64,000 nt of DNA from an uncultured virus (IMG/VR IMGVR_UViG_3300036715_000434) (lineage: Duplodnaviria > Heunggongvirae > Uroviricota > Caudoviricetes). The DNA is taken from the IMG/VR virus record IMGVR_UViG_3300036715_000434. One strand, given 5' to 3'. How positions within the stretch are numbered: the first letter of the stretch is position 1; every line of letters starts with the position of its first letter. Under the pieces are notes generated by a model, which worked only from the letters and a program-made list of their open reading frames with translations, searched no databases and had not been told where the DNA came from. Shown piece after piece: positions 18,929-29,075 of this stretch. Position numbers and translations under genes: made by a program.

Positions 18929-19911
18929 CCGACGGAAACCTGTGGGGGCGCAAGGCCTCCTTGCTTCTTCTCGACGGACCCCTGTATGTCAAGAACGGCA
19001 ACAACCCGTCGGCCTACATCCCAGGCGCACAGCATGGGCTCGACCTCACCGACACCCACTTCTCCTTCCATGTCAGTCAGCAGGACGTTGAGTCTCCGAA
19101 CAACTGCACGATTCGCGTCTACAACCTTGCGGCAGACATCGTGAGGCAGATCCGAGGGGAGTTCAGCCGGATCGTCTTGTCGGCTGGCTACGAATCGTCG
19201 TTCGGGGTCATCTTTGACGGCACCATCAAGCAGTTCCGGATCGGCAAAGAGAACGCCACTGACTCGTACCTCGACATCCTCGCCGCGGACGGCGACATCG
19301 GCTACATTTGGTCGACGCTGGCCACTAATATCGCTGGCGGCTCCTCAACTGACCAACGATTTGCCGCCATCGCGGCGGGTTTCGCTCCATACGGGATCTC
19401 AGCAGAGCAGACCAAGAACATGGCCGGAGGGATCCTGCCCCGTGGCAAGGTCTTGTTCGGGATGACCCGGGCCTTCGCACGTGACCTCGCCGCAACCGCC
19501 AAGGTCTCGTGGTCGTTTCACAACGGCAAGCTGGTGACCACGCCACTCGACGGCTACTCGCCGAAGGATGTCGTTGAACTCTCGGCGGCAACTGGCTTGA
19601 TCGGTATGCCAGAGAGCACCGAGGAGGGGGTGAAGTTCCGTTGTCTCTTGAACCCTTTGCTTGAGCCAGGCTGCAGATGCAAGATCGACAATAAGTCGGT
19701 CAACCAAACGCTTCAGCAGAACCCCTCCGGACCGGCCGTCCCATTCAATCACTACAAAGGCCTCCAGTTCTTCGCTGATGTGGCCGCCGACGGCCTCTAC
19801 CGCATGTTCGTTGTCGAGCATTCTGGTGATACGCGTGGCCAGGCTTGGTACACCGACGTGGTCGGGCTGGCCCTCAACCCAACAACCGGCAAGGTGAAGC
19901 CCTATGGATAG
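18925..19911 (+). CDS. Baseplate hub protein
   Basis: I.VYNL, L.AGY, IF.G.I, TGLIG.PE, CLLNP, H.GDTRG..WY motifs. Confidence 0.8.
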   Translation: MTDGNLWGRKASLLLLDGPLYVKNGNNPSAYIPGAQHGLDLTDTHFSFHVSQQDVESPNNCTIRVYNLAADIVRQIRGEFSRIVLSAGYESSFGVIFDGTIKQFRIGKENATDSYLDILAADGDIGYIWSTLATNIAGGSSTDQRFAAIAAGFAPYGISAEQTKNMAGGILPRGKVLFGMTRAFARDLAATAKVSWSFHNGKLVTTPLDGYSPKDVVELSAATGLIGMPESTEEGVKFRCLLNPLLEPGCRCKIDNKSVNQTLQQNPSGPAVPFNHYKGLQFFADVAADGLYRMFVVEHSGDTRGQAWYTDVVGLALNPTTGKVKPYG

Positions 19912-20602
19912 GCGTGAACGCATCAACGACCTGAACGAAGCTCTGCTGGAGGCGATGAGCTCGGCGGCCTCCGAACTTTGGGTCGCTCTGCCTGGCATCG
20001 TCGAGACCTACGACGCGACCAAGATGACCTGCACGGTCAAGCCATCTATTCAAATCCTCCGACGCAAGATCGACGGCACGGAAGCTTGGGTCTCGATCCC
20101 CCTCCTGCTCGACGTGCCAGTGATGTTCCCAGGTGGCGGCGGTTTCACGATGACGTTCCCGGTCACTCAAGGGGATGAGTGCTTGGTGGTCTTCGCTGAC
20201 CGCTGCATTGACTCGTGGTGGGATCTCGGGGGCGTCCAGGTCCAGGCTGAAGTCCGAATGCACGATCTGTCGGACGGCTTCGCCTTCATTGGCGTGCGCA
20301 GCAGGCCTCGTGCTCTGGCCAGCGTGAGCACGACTAATGTCCAACTGCGCTCGGATGATGGGGCGGCCCACATCGAGATCACGCCGTCCCACGATGTCAA
20401 AGTGCTGACCTCAGGATCGGCCTACGTCGAGGCGGGTCCTAAAATCCAGCTCAAGGCAACGCTGATCGAAATCCAAGGCAACGTCACCGTCACCGGAACG
20501 ATCGTGGCTCAAGGTGATGTAACCGGCCAGACCAAGTCGCTGCACAACCACATTCACTCCGGCGTCGTCGTCGGCGGTGGCAACACGGGGGCTCCAGTAT
20601 GA
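19904..20602 (+). CDS. Baseplate spike / puncturing protein (gp138/gpV-like)
   Basis: LLDVPV.FP.GGG, GDECLVVFADRCID.W, R.HDLSDG, C-terminal HxH (HNHIH). Confidence 0.88.
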   Translation: MDRRERINDLNEALLEAMSSAASELWVALPGIVETYDATKMTCTVKPSIQILRRKIDGTEAWVSIPLLLDVPVMFPGGGGFTMTFPVTQGDECLVVFADRCIDSWWDLGGVQVQAEVRMHDLSDGFAFIGVRSRPRALASVSTTNVQLRSDDGAAHIEITPSHDVKVLTSGSAYVEAGPKIQLKATLIEIQGNVTVTGTIVAQGDVTGQTKSLHNHIHSGVVVGGGNTGAPV

Positions 20603-20946
20603 GGTACAGGCAGCAGGATGACGGTGGGGACTATGTCTTCGGCCAGGGGTCGAACTTCCTCGTTGATTCCCCGGCCGGGGTTGCCCAGGCCATCAAGACG
20701 AGGCTCCTTCTGCTCACCAACGAGTGGTTCCTCGACATGCGTGAAGGCACCGCATACAACCCAAAGATCCTTGGCCATAACACCCACGGCACCCGAGATG
20801 CCGAGATCCAATCGCGGATCCTCGGCACGCAGGGGGTCACCTCCATCGACGCTTATAGCAGCTCGGTTGATGCGACCCGCTCGATGGAGGTGACGGCCAC
20901 GGTCAGTACCCTGTATGGGCCAGTTCAACTCAACGAGATCCTCTGA
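20599..20946 (+). CDS. Baseplate wedge / sheath initiator (gpW/gp46-like)
   Basis: DYVFG, AQAI.TRL.L...EWFLD..EG motifs. Confidence 0.78.
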   Translation: MRYRQQDDGGDYVFGQGSNFLVDSPAGVAQAIKTRLLLLTNEWFLDMREGTAYNPKILGHNTHGTRDAEIQSRILGTQGVTSIDAYSSSVDATRSMEVTATVSTLYGPVQLNEIL

Positions 20947-20948
20947 CC

Positions 20949-22145
20949 ATGACGACCACTTACCCTCTGCCGACGCTGGCGGCCACCGTCAACGAGTTCG
21001 GGATCTCAACCCCGACCTACGCTGACGTGCTGGCCTCCCTCCAGGCCTCCTTCAAAAGCATCTACGGCACCGACTCCTACATCGACCCGGATAGCCAAGA
21101 CGGCCAACTGCTTGCGATCTTCGCCCAGGCGATCCACGACTGCAACCAATCGACCGTCGCGGCCTACAACTCGTTCAGCCCGGTCACGGCGCAGGGGGCT
21201 GGCCTGTCGAGCGTCGTGAAGATCAACCACATCGCTCGGGCCGTGCCGAGCAACTCCCAGGTGGTGGTCACGCTGGTCGGTCAGGCGGGTACCGTGATCA
21301 CCGACGGCTTCGTCAGTGATCTGACCAGCGCGCATCGCTGGGCCCTGCCTACTACGGTCACCATCCCGATCTCTGGCACGACGAATGTCACGGCCACCTG
21401 TGAGGATCCGGGGGCGATCGCGGCAGGGGTTGGGTCACTGACCAAGATCATGACACCGACGGCCGGCTGGCAGACGGTGACCAATGCGAGCGCGGCCAGC
21501 CAGGGTGAGCCGGTTGAGTCTGACTACGATCTGCGTATCAGGCAGCAGACATCGACGGCTCTGCGCAGCTTCACGGTTCTGGACGGCATGGTGGGCGCGC
21601 TACAGGGCCTACTTGGGGTCTCCTACGCTTCAGCCTACGAGAACGATACTGGCTCGGTCGATGCGAACGGCCTTCCGGCTCATTCGATCGCCGCGGTGGT
21701 GCAGGGCGGCGACTCCGCGCAGATCGCACAGGTCATCTTCGACAAGAAGACCCCAGGCTGCGCCACCTACGGCACCACGTCAGTCTCAGTGCTCGACTCG
21801 ATGGGAATCCCTAGAGTGATCAACTACTTCGTGCCATCCACGGTCCTCATCAAGGTGACCGTGACCATCACGGCCGGCATTGGTTACACGAGCGTGATCG
21901 GTGACCAGATCAAGCAGGCGGTGGCTGACTTCGCGAACTCCCAGGTGGTCGGGCGGGGTATCGAGATCACGCGCCTATACGTCCCGGCACTTCTCCAAGA
22001 TAGTGCGAACTCAGAAACCTACACCCTAGTTTCAGTGCTTGGGGCCTTAGTTTCGGGCGGGGCCCTCGCCGCGACTCCGATCGTGATGGCCTTCAACCAG
22101 AAGGCCGGGTTGCAGCTCTCTGACATCACCCTGACGTTGGTCTGA
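20949..22145 (+). CDS. Baseplate J-like protein
   Basis: DS.DGQ, P.TA.G..L, ESD..LR.R, YENDT...D.NGLP.HSI motifs. Confidence 0.88.
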   Translation: MTTTYPLPTLAATVNEFGISTPTYADVLASLQASFKSIYGTDSYIDPDSQDGQLLAIFAQAIHDCNQSTVAAYNSFSPVTAQGAGLSSVVKINHIARAVPSNSQVVVTLVGQAGTVITDGFVSDLTSAHRWALPTTVTIPISGTTNVTATCEDPGAIAAGVGSLTKIMTPTAGWQTVTNASAASQGEPVESDYDLRIRQQTSTALRSFTVLDGMVGALQGLLGVSYASAYENDTGSVDANGLPAHSIAAVVQGGDSAQIAQVIFDKKTPGCATYGTTSVSVLDSMGIPRVINYFVPSTVLIKVTVTITAGIGYTSVIGDQIKQAVADFANSQVVGRGIEITRLYVPALLQDSANSETYTLVSVLGALVSGGALAATPIVMAFNQKAGLQLSDITLTLV

Positions 22146-22149
22146 CGCC

Positions 22150-22782
22150 ATGCGCGACTACCAAGCACTCATCACGAGCGAGCACCGGGACAAGCCGAAG
22201 TTTGCGGCCGTCGTCGATCTTCTGACGAAGCCCCTGGCTGACATGGCCGCGGTCTGCGCCCAGATGCCCAACGACTTCGACCTCGATCAAGCGGTCGGCC
22301 CGCAACTCGATGCTGTTGGCCTCTGGGCTGGCATCACGCGAAACATCACGGTACCCATCACCGGGGCCTACTTCTCCTGGAACCTGGTCAACCTCGGTTG
22401 GAATGAAGGCTACTGGAAGGGGATCGACTCTCCTGGGGTCGGCATCAACACGCTTGATGACGAGACCTTCCGCGTAGCCATCCGGGCTCGCATAGCCCGC
22501 AACTACTGGACGGGGACCTTTGCCGAGCAGGTCGCCATCCTCGCCACTGACCTGAACACCTTCGGCCTGACTCTCATTCCGGTCGACGGCTACGACATGT
22601 CTATCACGCTGCACGTTCTCGGAGCCCCCACCACGGTCATGATGGAATTGATTCAACGGGGCTTCATCGTGCCGAAGCCAATGGGGGTCCGGATCAACGT
22701 GGTTCTTGGACCCGATTCCGGTGGCGCGATCTTCGCGCTTGATGACCCGACGGCCGGCCTCGACGCTGGCGCTTTCCTCTAA
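22150..22782 (+). CDS. Baseplate wedge protein (DUF2612 family)
   Basis: Y..LITSEH..KPKF, FDLD.AVG.QLD..G.W.G, PKP.GV motifs. Confidence 0.85.
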   Translation: MRDYQALITSEHRDKPKFAAVVDLLTKPLADMAAVCAQMPNDFDLDQAVGPQLDAVGLWAGITRNITVPITGAYFSWNLVNLGWNEGYWKGIDSPGVGINTLDDETFRVAIRARIARNYWTGTFAEQVAILATDLNTFGLTLIPVDGYDMSITLHVLGAPTTVMMELIQRGFIVPKPMGVRINVVLGPDSGGAIFALDDPTAGLDAGAFL

Positions 22783-22791
22783 GGACCCACG

Positions 22792-23544
22792 ATGTCAACA
22801 ACGCAATACCTGGCTTTCGGAACGGCTGCAGGGGCGAACGCAATCTCGGCCGCCGAGTACGCTTCCCTGGCCTCAACTCTGGTGGCCTTTGGCTTCCAAC
22901 CTGGCCTGGCTCGCTCCGAGCATATCAACGCAGTGCTCAGGCAGGCCACAGTCGGGGTCGCTGGCCTCGCGCGCTTCTGTGTCGACAATGGTTCGGCAGA
23001 TCAACTCGATGACGGCTCCGTTGCGAACTTCGCGGCCAACATCCGCTTGGCAGTTCAGGCCCTGGCTACCTCTGGAGGATCGCCGTCAGGCGCGATCATT
23101 GCGTTTGGGGCTGCTACACCCCCGGCCGGGTGGTTGGAATGCAATGGCGGGGCCATCCTGCGCGCCAGCTATCCCACCCTGTTCGCTGCAATCGGCACGA
23201 CGTGGGGCGCCGGTGATGGTTCGACCACATTCAACCTTCCGGATCTGCGAGGCGAGTTCCTGCGGGGCTGGGATCATGGGCGTGGTGTTGACTCCGGCCG
23301 GGCGATGGCTTCGACCCAGGCTCAAGACACCCTGTCGCACAACCACTTGAACGGCGTGGCAGAAGACATCGGCCACGACTTCGTGTTCGTCTACGGCAGC
23401 ACGAACTCAGGGATGCCGGGATCGGCCAGCGGGAACGTCAACGATATCTCCGGTTCGGCGGACGTTCAGGGCTACACATCGTATACGGGCGGCGCTGAGA
23501 CCCGACCGGTCAACATGGCCGTCATGTATTGCATCAAGACCTAA
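22792..23544 (+). CDS. Short tail fibre with a tail-collar domain
   Basis: GWL.CNG....R..YP.LF.AIG..WG.GDG.TTFNLPDLRGEF.RG; ETRP.N. Confidence 0.88.
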   Translation: MSTTQYLAFGTAAGANAISAAEYASLASTLVAFGFQPGLARSEHINAVLRQATVGVAGLARFCVDNGSADQLDDGSVANFAANIRLAVQALATSGGSPSGAIIAFGAATPPAGWLECNGGAILRASYPTLFAAIGTTWGAGDGSTTFNLPDLRGEFLRGWDHGRGVDSGRAMASTQAQDTLSHNHLNGVAEDIGHDFVFVYGSTNSGMPGSASGNVNDISGSADVQGYTSYTGGAETRPVNMAVMYCIKT

Positions 23545-23553
23545 GGAACCAAC

Positions 23554-26091
23554 ATGTCCATCAACAACTTCAAGCCCTTTGCAATCGCGGTCGGCTCCCG
23601 CGTCATGGACCAGACTACGTGGGAGTCCCAGGATGGCCTGGTCTACGGCTTTCCTGCTGGCATTCTGACCAAGGAGCTGTTGAACAAGGCCATTCGTCAG
23701 CCTAGCGTGATCGCTGCCGCCATCGCGCAGTATGTGGTCAATCGGACCGGCTCTGATGTGCTCGACAATGGCGACATCAGTACGCTGATCACTCAAATGA
23801 CCACGGCCTTTGGGTCTGGTGGGGGTGGGCCCGGCGCCGCTGCGCAGTTGCTGAGTCTACGAGCCACTGGGTTCGCATTCGTGTTCTTGGATGCAGCCGC
23901 CACAACCACGGCGAGCCCGACCATCACGTTCACGGCGGATCTTCAGAACGTCACTGGCACGGTCACCTTCTCGGCTCAAGCCTACGATGCGGCTGGCACG
24001 GCACTCGGGTCGGTCACGCTAGGCGGCACTTCTCCCAATGCTACGATGACGGCCACGCAGTTCGTGGCCCACGCCGGCACCCGCAAGGTCATCGTCACTG
24101 CGACGATCCCAGGCGCGGGCGGCAGCACACTCACGGATCTGTTCTCGGTCTACCGGGCGGACGGCGGCTCTGATGCCATTCAGGCTCGATTGACCAACGA
24201 GGCTCATACGGTGGCCTCTCTCGCTGACGGAACGGTGACGAGCTACTCCGGCGCGAGCGGGGTGAATGAGGTCTACAAGGGGCTGGCTCTTCTCTCCAGC
24301 GTCACGACCCCGTCAGTATCCTTCTCGCTGGTTGGCTACACTGGCTTCAACACGACCTACCCGGCCGCGCAGGCTGGTATCACCATCAACTCGACGACTG
24401 GGGCCTACAGCGTTACCGGCGGGATGAATGCGGTCAACGCCACAGTGACCATTCGGGGCACCTTGAGCACCGGTCAAACTATTGACTCGATCTTCAGCCT
24501 GGCCAAGTCAATTGCTGGATTGGCTGGCCCGGCTGGCACCGCCCCGTTCTGTGCGGTGTCGGCCTCACCCAGTCAAGCGTTCATTACCCCCTCGGACTCC
24601 ACGATTCCCGCGCCCACCTCGATCACGATTACTGCAACCACGGCCAACATCCCGAGCCCGACATTCGTGTGGCAAGTGGATGGAGTCACGCAGGTCGGGG
24701 TCACCACCGGGGTCTTCAATCTGGCCTCCTTCCCGTCTGGCACCACGAAGATCGTTAAGTGCACGGCCACCGGGTCTGACGCAAGCACGTCCTTTGACAT
24801 CGTCAGCATCTACAGCTTGAAGAGCGGGGACAACGCCTTCAACTTGATGATGTCCAACGAAAACCAGTCGGTCTCGTGCGACTCGTCTGGAACTCCCAAG
24901 GCTGGCGCGGCTAACCTGACAACGCAGTGCTTCCTCATCAAGGGTTCGGTTACGCTCACCACCGGCGTGACGTGGTCCATTGCAGCGAACTCCGGCTTCA
25001 CCGGACAGTCTGTGAGCGGAACAGGTGTGCTCACCACCACTGGTATCACCACGCTCTTTGCCTCCTGCACCGTGCAGGCCACGTACAACGGGCAAATCTA
25101 CCAAAAGGTTTTCACTGCGAACAAGGTGCTTGATGGGGCTAGCGGAACGGGGATCCAGGGCTTGCGCGGATCGCTCCAGGGCTACTCGGCAAGCGTGTCT
25201 CCTGCTCAGTACATGGCGGGCACTGCCTGGAATGCTTTAAGTGACGACTTTTCCGCATCCACCGTCATTTGGTTAATGCTTGGGAACTCAGGCACCCCGG
25301 TCAGCAACGCCCACTTGCGCATCGGCGACACGGTCACGCTGAAGAACGCGGCAGGCACGGCAGCTGATACACGCTTTTGGTCTGGCAGCTCCTGGCTCCC
25401 TCCTGGCACCTTCGTGAGTGGTAACGTAGTTGTGGGTGGGACGATCTCCGGGCAGACCAACCTTAACATCACCGGATTTGCTCAGATTGAAGGCTATCAA
25501 GCGATCGGTCTTACTGACTTTATCAACGGAAGTACGTGGATAGTTAACGCGGCCGTGACTGGAAACATTCAACAAGGGGCTATCAATGGGAACACGGTGA
25601 TTGGAGTCTGTGGGCGCACTGGTAACACCAACGGGGCCGGCGTCTATGGGTACAGCACGCTCACCACTGGTGGCTATGGGGTGGTTGGGCGCGCTGGTAT
25701 CGCTGGGGTACTAGGCATGGCTGGACCAATGAACGGCTCGGCTGGGGTCGCTGGGCAAGCTCTGCTCAGCACTCCATTTGGTCAAACGACATACGGTGGG
25801 TCCTTCTCCGGCAACGGAGCCAACACGATAGCCTTGACAGCGGATTCTTCGGGAGGAGATTTGGCCGCCATATTTCACGGGCCAGTGACAATGAGCACGG
25901 GGACGTTCAGCGCGGTAAACTCGCTTATGCAGGTGGCCAACCTCGATATCCGGCAAGGATCTGCCAGTGGTTCAGCGGCGTGGAACCTACCCGGCGCAGG
26001 CACCAAGCCAGGAAGCTCCACCGCTGGGGTCTTCGTGCCCATGTACATGAACGGGGTGCTCGGTGATGTGCTGTGGTGGCCCCGCAACTAA
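23554..26091 (+). CDS. Long tail fibre / receptor-binding protein
   Basis: NNFKPFA...NKA.RQ baseplate-binding N-terminus; repeated L.NE Ig-like modules; Gly-rich C-terminus. Confidence 0.82.
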   Translation: MSINNFKPFAIAVGSRVMDQTTWESQDGLVYGFPAGILTKELLNKAIRQPSVIAAAIAQYVVNRTGSDVLDNGDISTLITQMTTAFGSGGGGPGAAAQLLSLRATGFAFVFLDAAATTTASPTITFTADLQNVTGTVTFSAQAYDAAGTALGSVTLGGTSPNATMTATQFVAHAGTRKVIVTATIPGAGGSTLTDLFSVYRADGGSDAIQARLTNEAHTVASLADGTVTSYSGASGVNEVYKGLALLSSVTTPSVSFSLVGYTGFNTTYPAAQAGITINSTTGAYSVTGGMNAVNATVTIRGTLSTGQTIDSIFSLAKSIAGLAGPAGTAPFCAVSASPSQAFITPSDSTIPAPTSITITATTANIPSPTFVWQVDGVTQVGVTTGVFNLASFPSGTTKIVKCTATGSDASTSFDIVSIYSLKSGDNAFNLMMSNENQSVSCDSSGTPKAGAANLTTQCFLIKGSVTLTTGVTWSIAANSGFTGQSVSGTGVLTTTGITTLFASCTVQATYNGQIYQKVFTANKVLDGASGTGIQGLRGSLQGYSASVSPAQYMAGTAWNALSDDFSASTVIWLMLGNSGTPVSNAHLRIGDTVTLKNAAGTAADTRFWSGSSWLPPGTFVSGNVVVGGTISGQTNLNITGFAQIEGYQAIGLTDFINGSTWIVNAAVTGNIQQGAINGNTVIGVCGRTGNTNGAGVYGYSTLTTGGYGVVGRAGIAGVLGMAGPMNGSAGVAGQALLSTPFGQTTYGGSFSGNGANTIALTADSSGGDLAAIFHGPVTMSTGTFSAVNSLMQVANLDIRQGSASGSAAWNLPGAGTKPGSSTAGVFVPMYMNGVLGDVLWWPRN

Positions 26092-26126
26092 ACCTCTTTC
26101 CTCAACCCTCACGACAGGAGATCCTC

Positions 26127-26300
26127 GTGAAACGCAACGACAAGAACATCGTCCTCCAAGCTCTGGCCCAGGTGCTGCAAGACAACCAAGGGCAGCGCAT
26201 TACGCTGGCCATGATGAACGGCATCCTGGCCACCGTTGACGCCAGCGTGCCGGTAGACCTGGAAGTGCCCGAGCCGCCCCACGCAGGTCAGGAGGGCTGA
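26127..26300 (+). CDS. Small hypothetical protein after the tail fibre
   Basis: ACAGGAG RBS before GTG 26127. Confidence 0.55.
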   Translation: MKRNDKNIVLQALAQVLQDNQGQRITLAMMNGILATVDASVPVDLEVPEPPHAGQEG

Positions 26301-26303
26301 CCT

Positions 26304-26591
26304 ATGCCGGACACTCGTGATCGCGCGCACCCAGGCCCGGACATGAGCAATCGAGACTTCGATGCCCTCGTTGCCGCGGTGCACGAGGCGATGGAGCGCG
26401 GTTTTCGCGGCCGCCTCCTTTCTGACAAGCAAGTGGCCTGGGTAGAACTCGCCATCGAACGTGAAGCGCAGAGCATTGCGTTTCGTCGGGCGGTGATAGA
26501 GAAAACATTGACGGGCCTACTCTGGGCTGGCATCGCTGGCGGTGGCGCGCTGGTCATGGCTTACCTCAGAGCCCACGGCTGGAAAGACTGA
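26304..26591 (+). CDS. Holin-like single-TM membrane protein
   Basis: C-terminal hydrophobic helix; directly precedes endolysin; GGAG RBS. Confidence 0.55.
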   Translation: MPDTRDRAHPGPDMSNRDFDALVAAVHEAMERGFRGRLLSDKQVAWVELAIEREAQSIAFRRAVIEKTLTGLLWAGIAGGGALVMAYLRAHGWKD

Positions 26592-26594
26592 CCA

Positions 26595-27857
26595 ATGGCC
26601 ATCTCGCAATATGCCCGCGCGCTGCTCAAGGTACTCGAAGGGCGGCGGCTCAAGGCCTACCCAGACCCAGCCACCGGGGGAGAGCCCTGGACCAACGGCT
26701 ACGGGCATACGGGCGGGGTCAAGGCCGGTGAAACCATCGACGACGCCCAGGCAGAAGCCTGGCTCGACGAAGACATCGCAGCGGCTGAGGCCATCGTCGA
26801 CCGGTGGGTGACCGTCAAGCTCACTACGGGCATGCGAGATGCGCTGATCTTGTTCATCTTCAACATTGGCCCAGGCGTCCAAGGCCAGAAGGACGGGTTC
26901 GTGTGGTTGAAGAACGGTGACCACTCGACTCTTTTGACCAAGCTGAACGCCGGCGACTACGTGGGGGCCTCGGCAGAGTTCCCCAAGTGGGATAAGGCCG
27001 CGGGCAAGCAGATGGACGGGCTTCATCAGCGCCGATTGAAGGAACAAGCCCTGTTCTGCTCTGGTGGCTTCCAAGGCCAGGCCGCAGACCCACCCCAGGC
27101 GCCCGCAGGATGGCCTCAGGATGCGACGATCGTCCCTGAACCCACCCTACCCCCCACCCCAACGCCGAAAATCGCTCCTAGCGGCTTCCCGGCCGGTGAA
27201 GGTGAACCACAAACCGAAGCCCCTGAAGGAGCCGACCCCATGACTACCGTCTCTGATGTCGTTGACAGCCCTATCACCAAGTTCCTGTTGGCCGCAGTGA
27301 ACCCGATCCTCGGCATCGTGCCTGAGATCGCGCACATCTTCATTGACAAGCAGGGCACCACGGTCCCCGAACGCAATGTGGCCGCTGCGACCAAGCTGGT
27401 CCAGGTCGCGCAATCAGCCCTCAAGGCGGCTGGCCTAGACGGATCCAACGCCCAGGCCGTCGTGCAGTCGATCTCCACCAGCCCAGAAGCGGCGAAGGTC
27501 GTGCGTGAAGCCGTGATCTCCTCGTACTTCGAGCTGACGCAGATGGGCGGTGGCCTTGAAGCGGCTCGGTCTGCCGATCTTCAGTTCGTCACGGCCCTGG
27601 CCAAGGAGCCATGGTACTTAGTCTTCAAGTCGCCCAGCCTGATCATGGGCTGCTTGTTGCTGCCACTGGTCTACTTGATCGTGTTGAACCTGATCGGGGT
27701 CCTGGGGACTGCGACTTGGTCGCCTGACGCGCGGGCCGCACTCGCTGGTGCGATCTCCGGGTCGATCGTGGGTGGCCTGGTGGGCTACTACTACGGCCAG
27801 ACCACCACACGCAACCGGTCGGTGGCCCCCGCCGAGACCACAGCCTCCGCGAGCTAG
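26595..27857 (+). CDS. GH24 lysozyme endolysin fused through a Pro-rich linker to a membrane (holin-like) domain
   Basis: EG..LKAYPDP.....WT.GYGHT, F.FNIG, STLL.KLN.GD, GL..RR..E; two C-terminal hydrophobic segments. Confidence 0.85.
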   Translation: MAISQYARALLKVLEGRRLKAYPDPATGGEPWTNGYGHTGGVKAGETIDDAQAEAWLDEDIAAAEAIVDRWVTVKLTTGMRDALILFIFNIGPGVQGQKDGFVWLKNGDHSTLLTKLNAGDYVGASAEFPKWDKAAGKQMDGLHQRRLKEQALFCSGGFQGQAADPPQAPAGWPQDATIVPEPTLPPTPTPKIAPSGFPAGEGEPQTEAPEGADPMTTVSDVVDSPITKFLLAAVNPILGIVPEIAHIFIDKQGTTVPERNVAAATKLVQVAQSALKAAGLDGSNAQAVVQSISTSPEAAKVVREAVISSYFELTQMGGGLEAARSADLQFVTALAKEPWYLVFKSPSLIMGCLLLPLVYLIVLNLIGVLGTATWSPDARAALAGAISGSIVGGLVGYYYGQTTTRNRSVAPAETTASAS

Positions 27858-28486
27858 ACGTAGATGCCGCGCTTCTTCGCGTCGTCGCGGCGCTCGCGTC
27901 TATCAGCCACCGCCTGCTTCTGCCAATCGAGCAGAGCCCACGGGAAGAGGGCCCAGGCGCGCGTGAAGCCCTCGATCCACATGTCCTGCGGCGGCGACAG
28001 AGGCCCGAGCTTGGTGCGATACGTGTAAACATTGACGAAGCCGGGGTCGACTTCAAGCTCCAACCCGAAGCGTTCCGCGAACCCCTTGCGGACTGCATCC
28101 GTGAACTGGGTGCCGTTGCGAATACGCAACAGGGCTTGGTCGATGATGGTCATGGTGCCCATTGGTGATAGTCCTTGGTCGAAGTCAATGGAATACTTCA
28201 TGGGCTTGATTCCTCGGGCTGATTCACCAAAGCCTGTTTGCTTAATAAGGCCGGCCTCGCGCGCCACGCAGACAATGCGCTGACAGGAGTCGTACTTCGC
28301 TCCGCTGGCCGCCGAGAGCTCGACCGTGGTCAACTGGTCACGCACCAGATACCGGAGCACGTGGCAGGCCAGACTGAAGGCCCTGAAGTTGTTGACTCGG
28401 CCTTTGCCGCGCTGAACGGTGCGGGTCGTCAGCGGCGGCGTTTTCGCTTGGGCCGACTTGAGGCTTTCGATGGTTTCTATTTGCAT
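27854..28486 (-). CDS. Putative winged-HTH DNA-binding protein
   Basis: LTTVELSAASGAKYDSCQRIV...GLIKQTG pattern. Confidence 0.5.
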   Translation of the reverse strand: MQIETIESLKSAQAKTPPLTTRTVQRGKGRVNNFRAFSLACHVLRYLVRDQLTTVELSAASGAKYDSCQRIVCVAREAGLIKQTGFGESARGIKPMKYSIDFDQGLSPMGTMTIIDQALLRIRNGTQFTDAVRKGFAERFGLELEVDPGFVNVYTYRTKLGPLSPPQDMWIEGFTRAWALFPWALLDWQKQAVADRRERRDDAKKRGIYV

Positions 28487-28488
28487 GG

Positions 28489-28710
28489 CTAAACGCGGAT
28501 CACAAGGTGAGCCTTCTGCACCTCATTGTCGTGAGGCGGGTTGTAGAAGGTAGGGACCGCTCCTCGCTCGAACCGACGAGCGTGAGCCAGGGCCGGGGCA
28601 GGAGCCGTATGGCGCCCCTTCGCGGGCATCCACTTCTCGACTTCAATATCACCACGGCCGGTCGTCTTGCGGAGCAACTGAAGGTAAGCGATGTAGTCGT
28701 CGAGGGTCAT
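28489..28710 (-). CDS. Hypothetical protein
   Basis: ATG 28710 overlaps the upstream stop; GGGGA RBS-like site. Confidence 0.55.
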   Translation of the reverse strand: MTLDDYIAYLQLLRKTTGRGDIEVEKWMPAKGRHTAPAPALAHARRFERGAVPTFYNPPHDNEVQKAHLVIRV

Positions 28711-29075
28711 GGCTTCCCCTTCTTGCCCAGGCTTCCCAAGAACTTGCCGTGCAGGGCCCGCCACAAACGGGCGGAGGCCACTAGCGGGTAGTCGTAGCCG
28801 TCGGGGTGGGGTTTATTGAGGCCACACCATTCAATCTGCGGCTGGATCTCAAGGCCAGCCGGGATCGTCTTCAGGCGGTCAGCCTCCTCGAACATGTCGG
28901 GCCATACTGGCTTGCTCCAATGATGGCCGTTCCACCAGCGCCGGCAGGAGACCCTTTCGACATCTTCACGCCTGGTCTCCCACCAACCCAAGAACGGTGG
29001 TGGCTGCTCGGTGGTCTTGGACCAGCCCGTCAGACCAATGAAGGCCTCTACGTTGAGGATGAGTTGTTTGTTCAC
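28707..29075 (-). CDS. Trp-rich hypothetical protein
   Basis: AAGGA RBS; PP..GWWET, RRWWNG..WS motifs. Confidence 0.6.
   Translation of the reverse strand: MNKQLILNVEAFIGLTGWSKTTEQPPPFLGWWETRREDVERVSCRRWWNGHHWSKPVWPDMFEEADRLKTIPAGLEIQPQIEWCGLNKPHPDGYDYPLVASARLWRALHGKFLGSLGKKGKP

Noticed and set aside
23554..26091. Diversity-generating retroelement targeting the tail fibre
   Set aside because: No reverse transcriptase and no TR/VR pair seen in the window.
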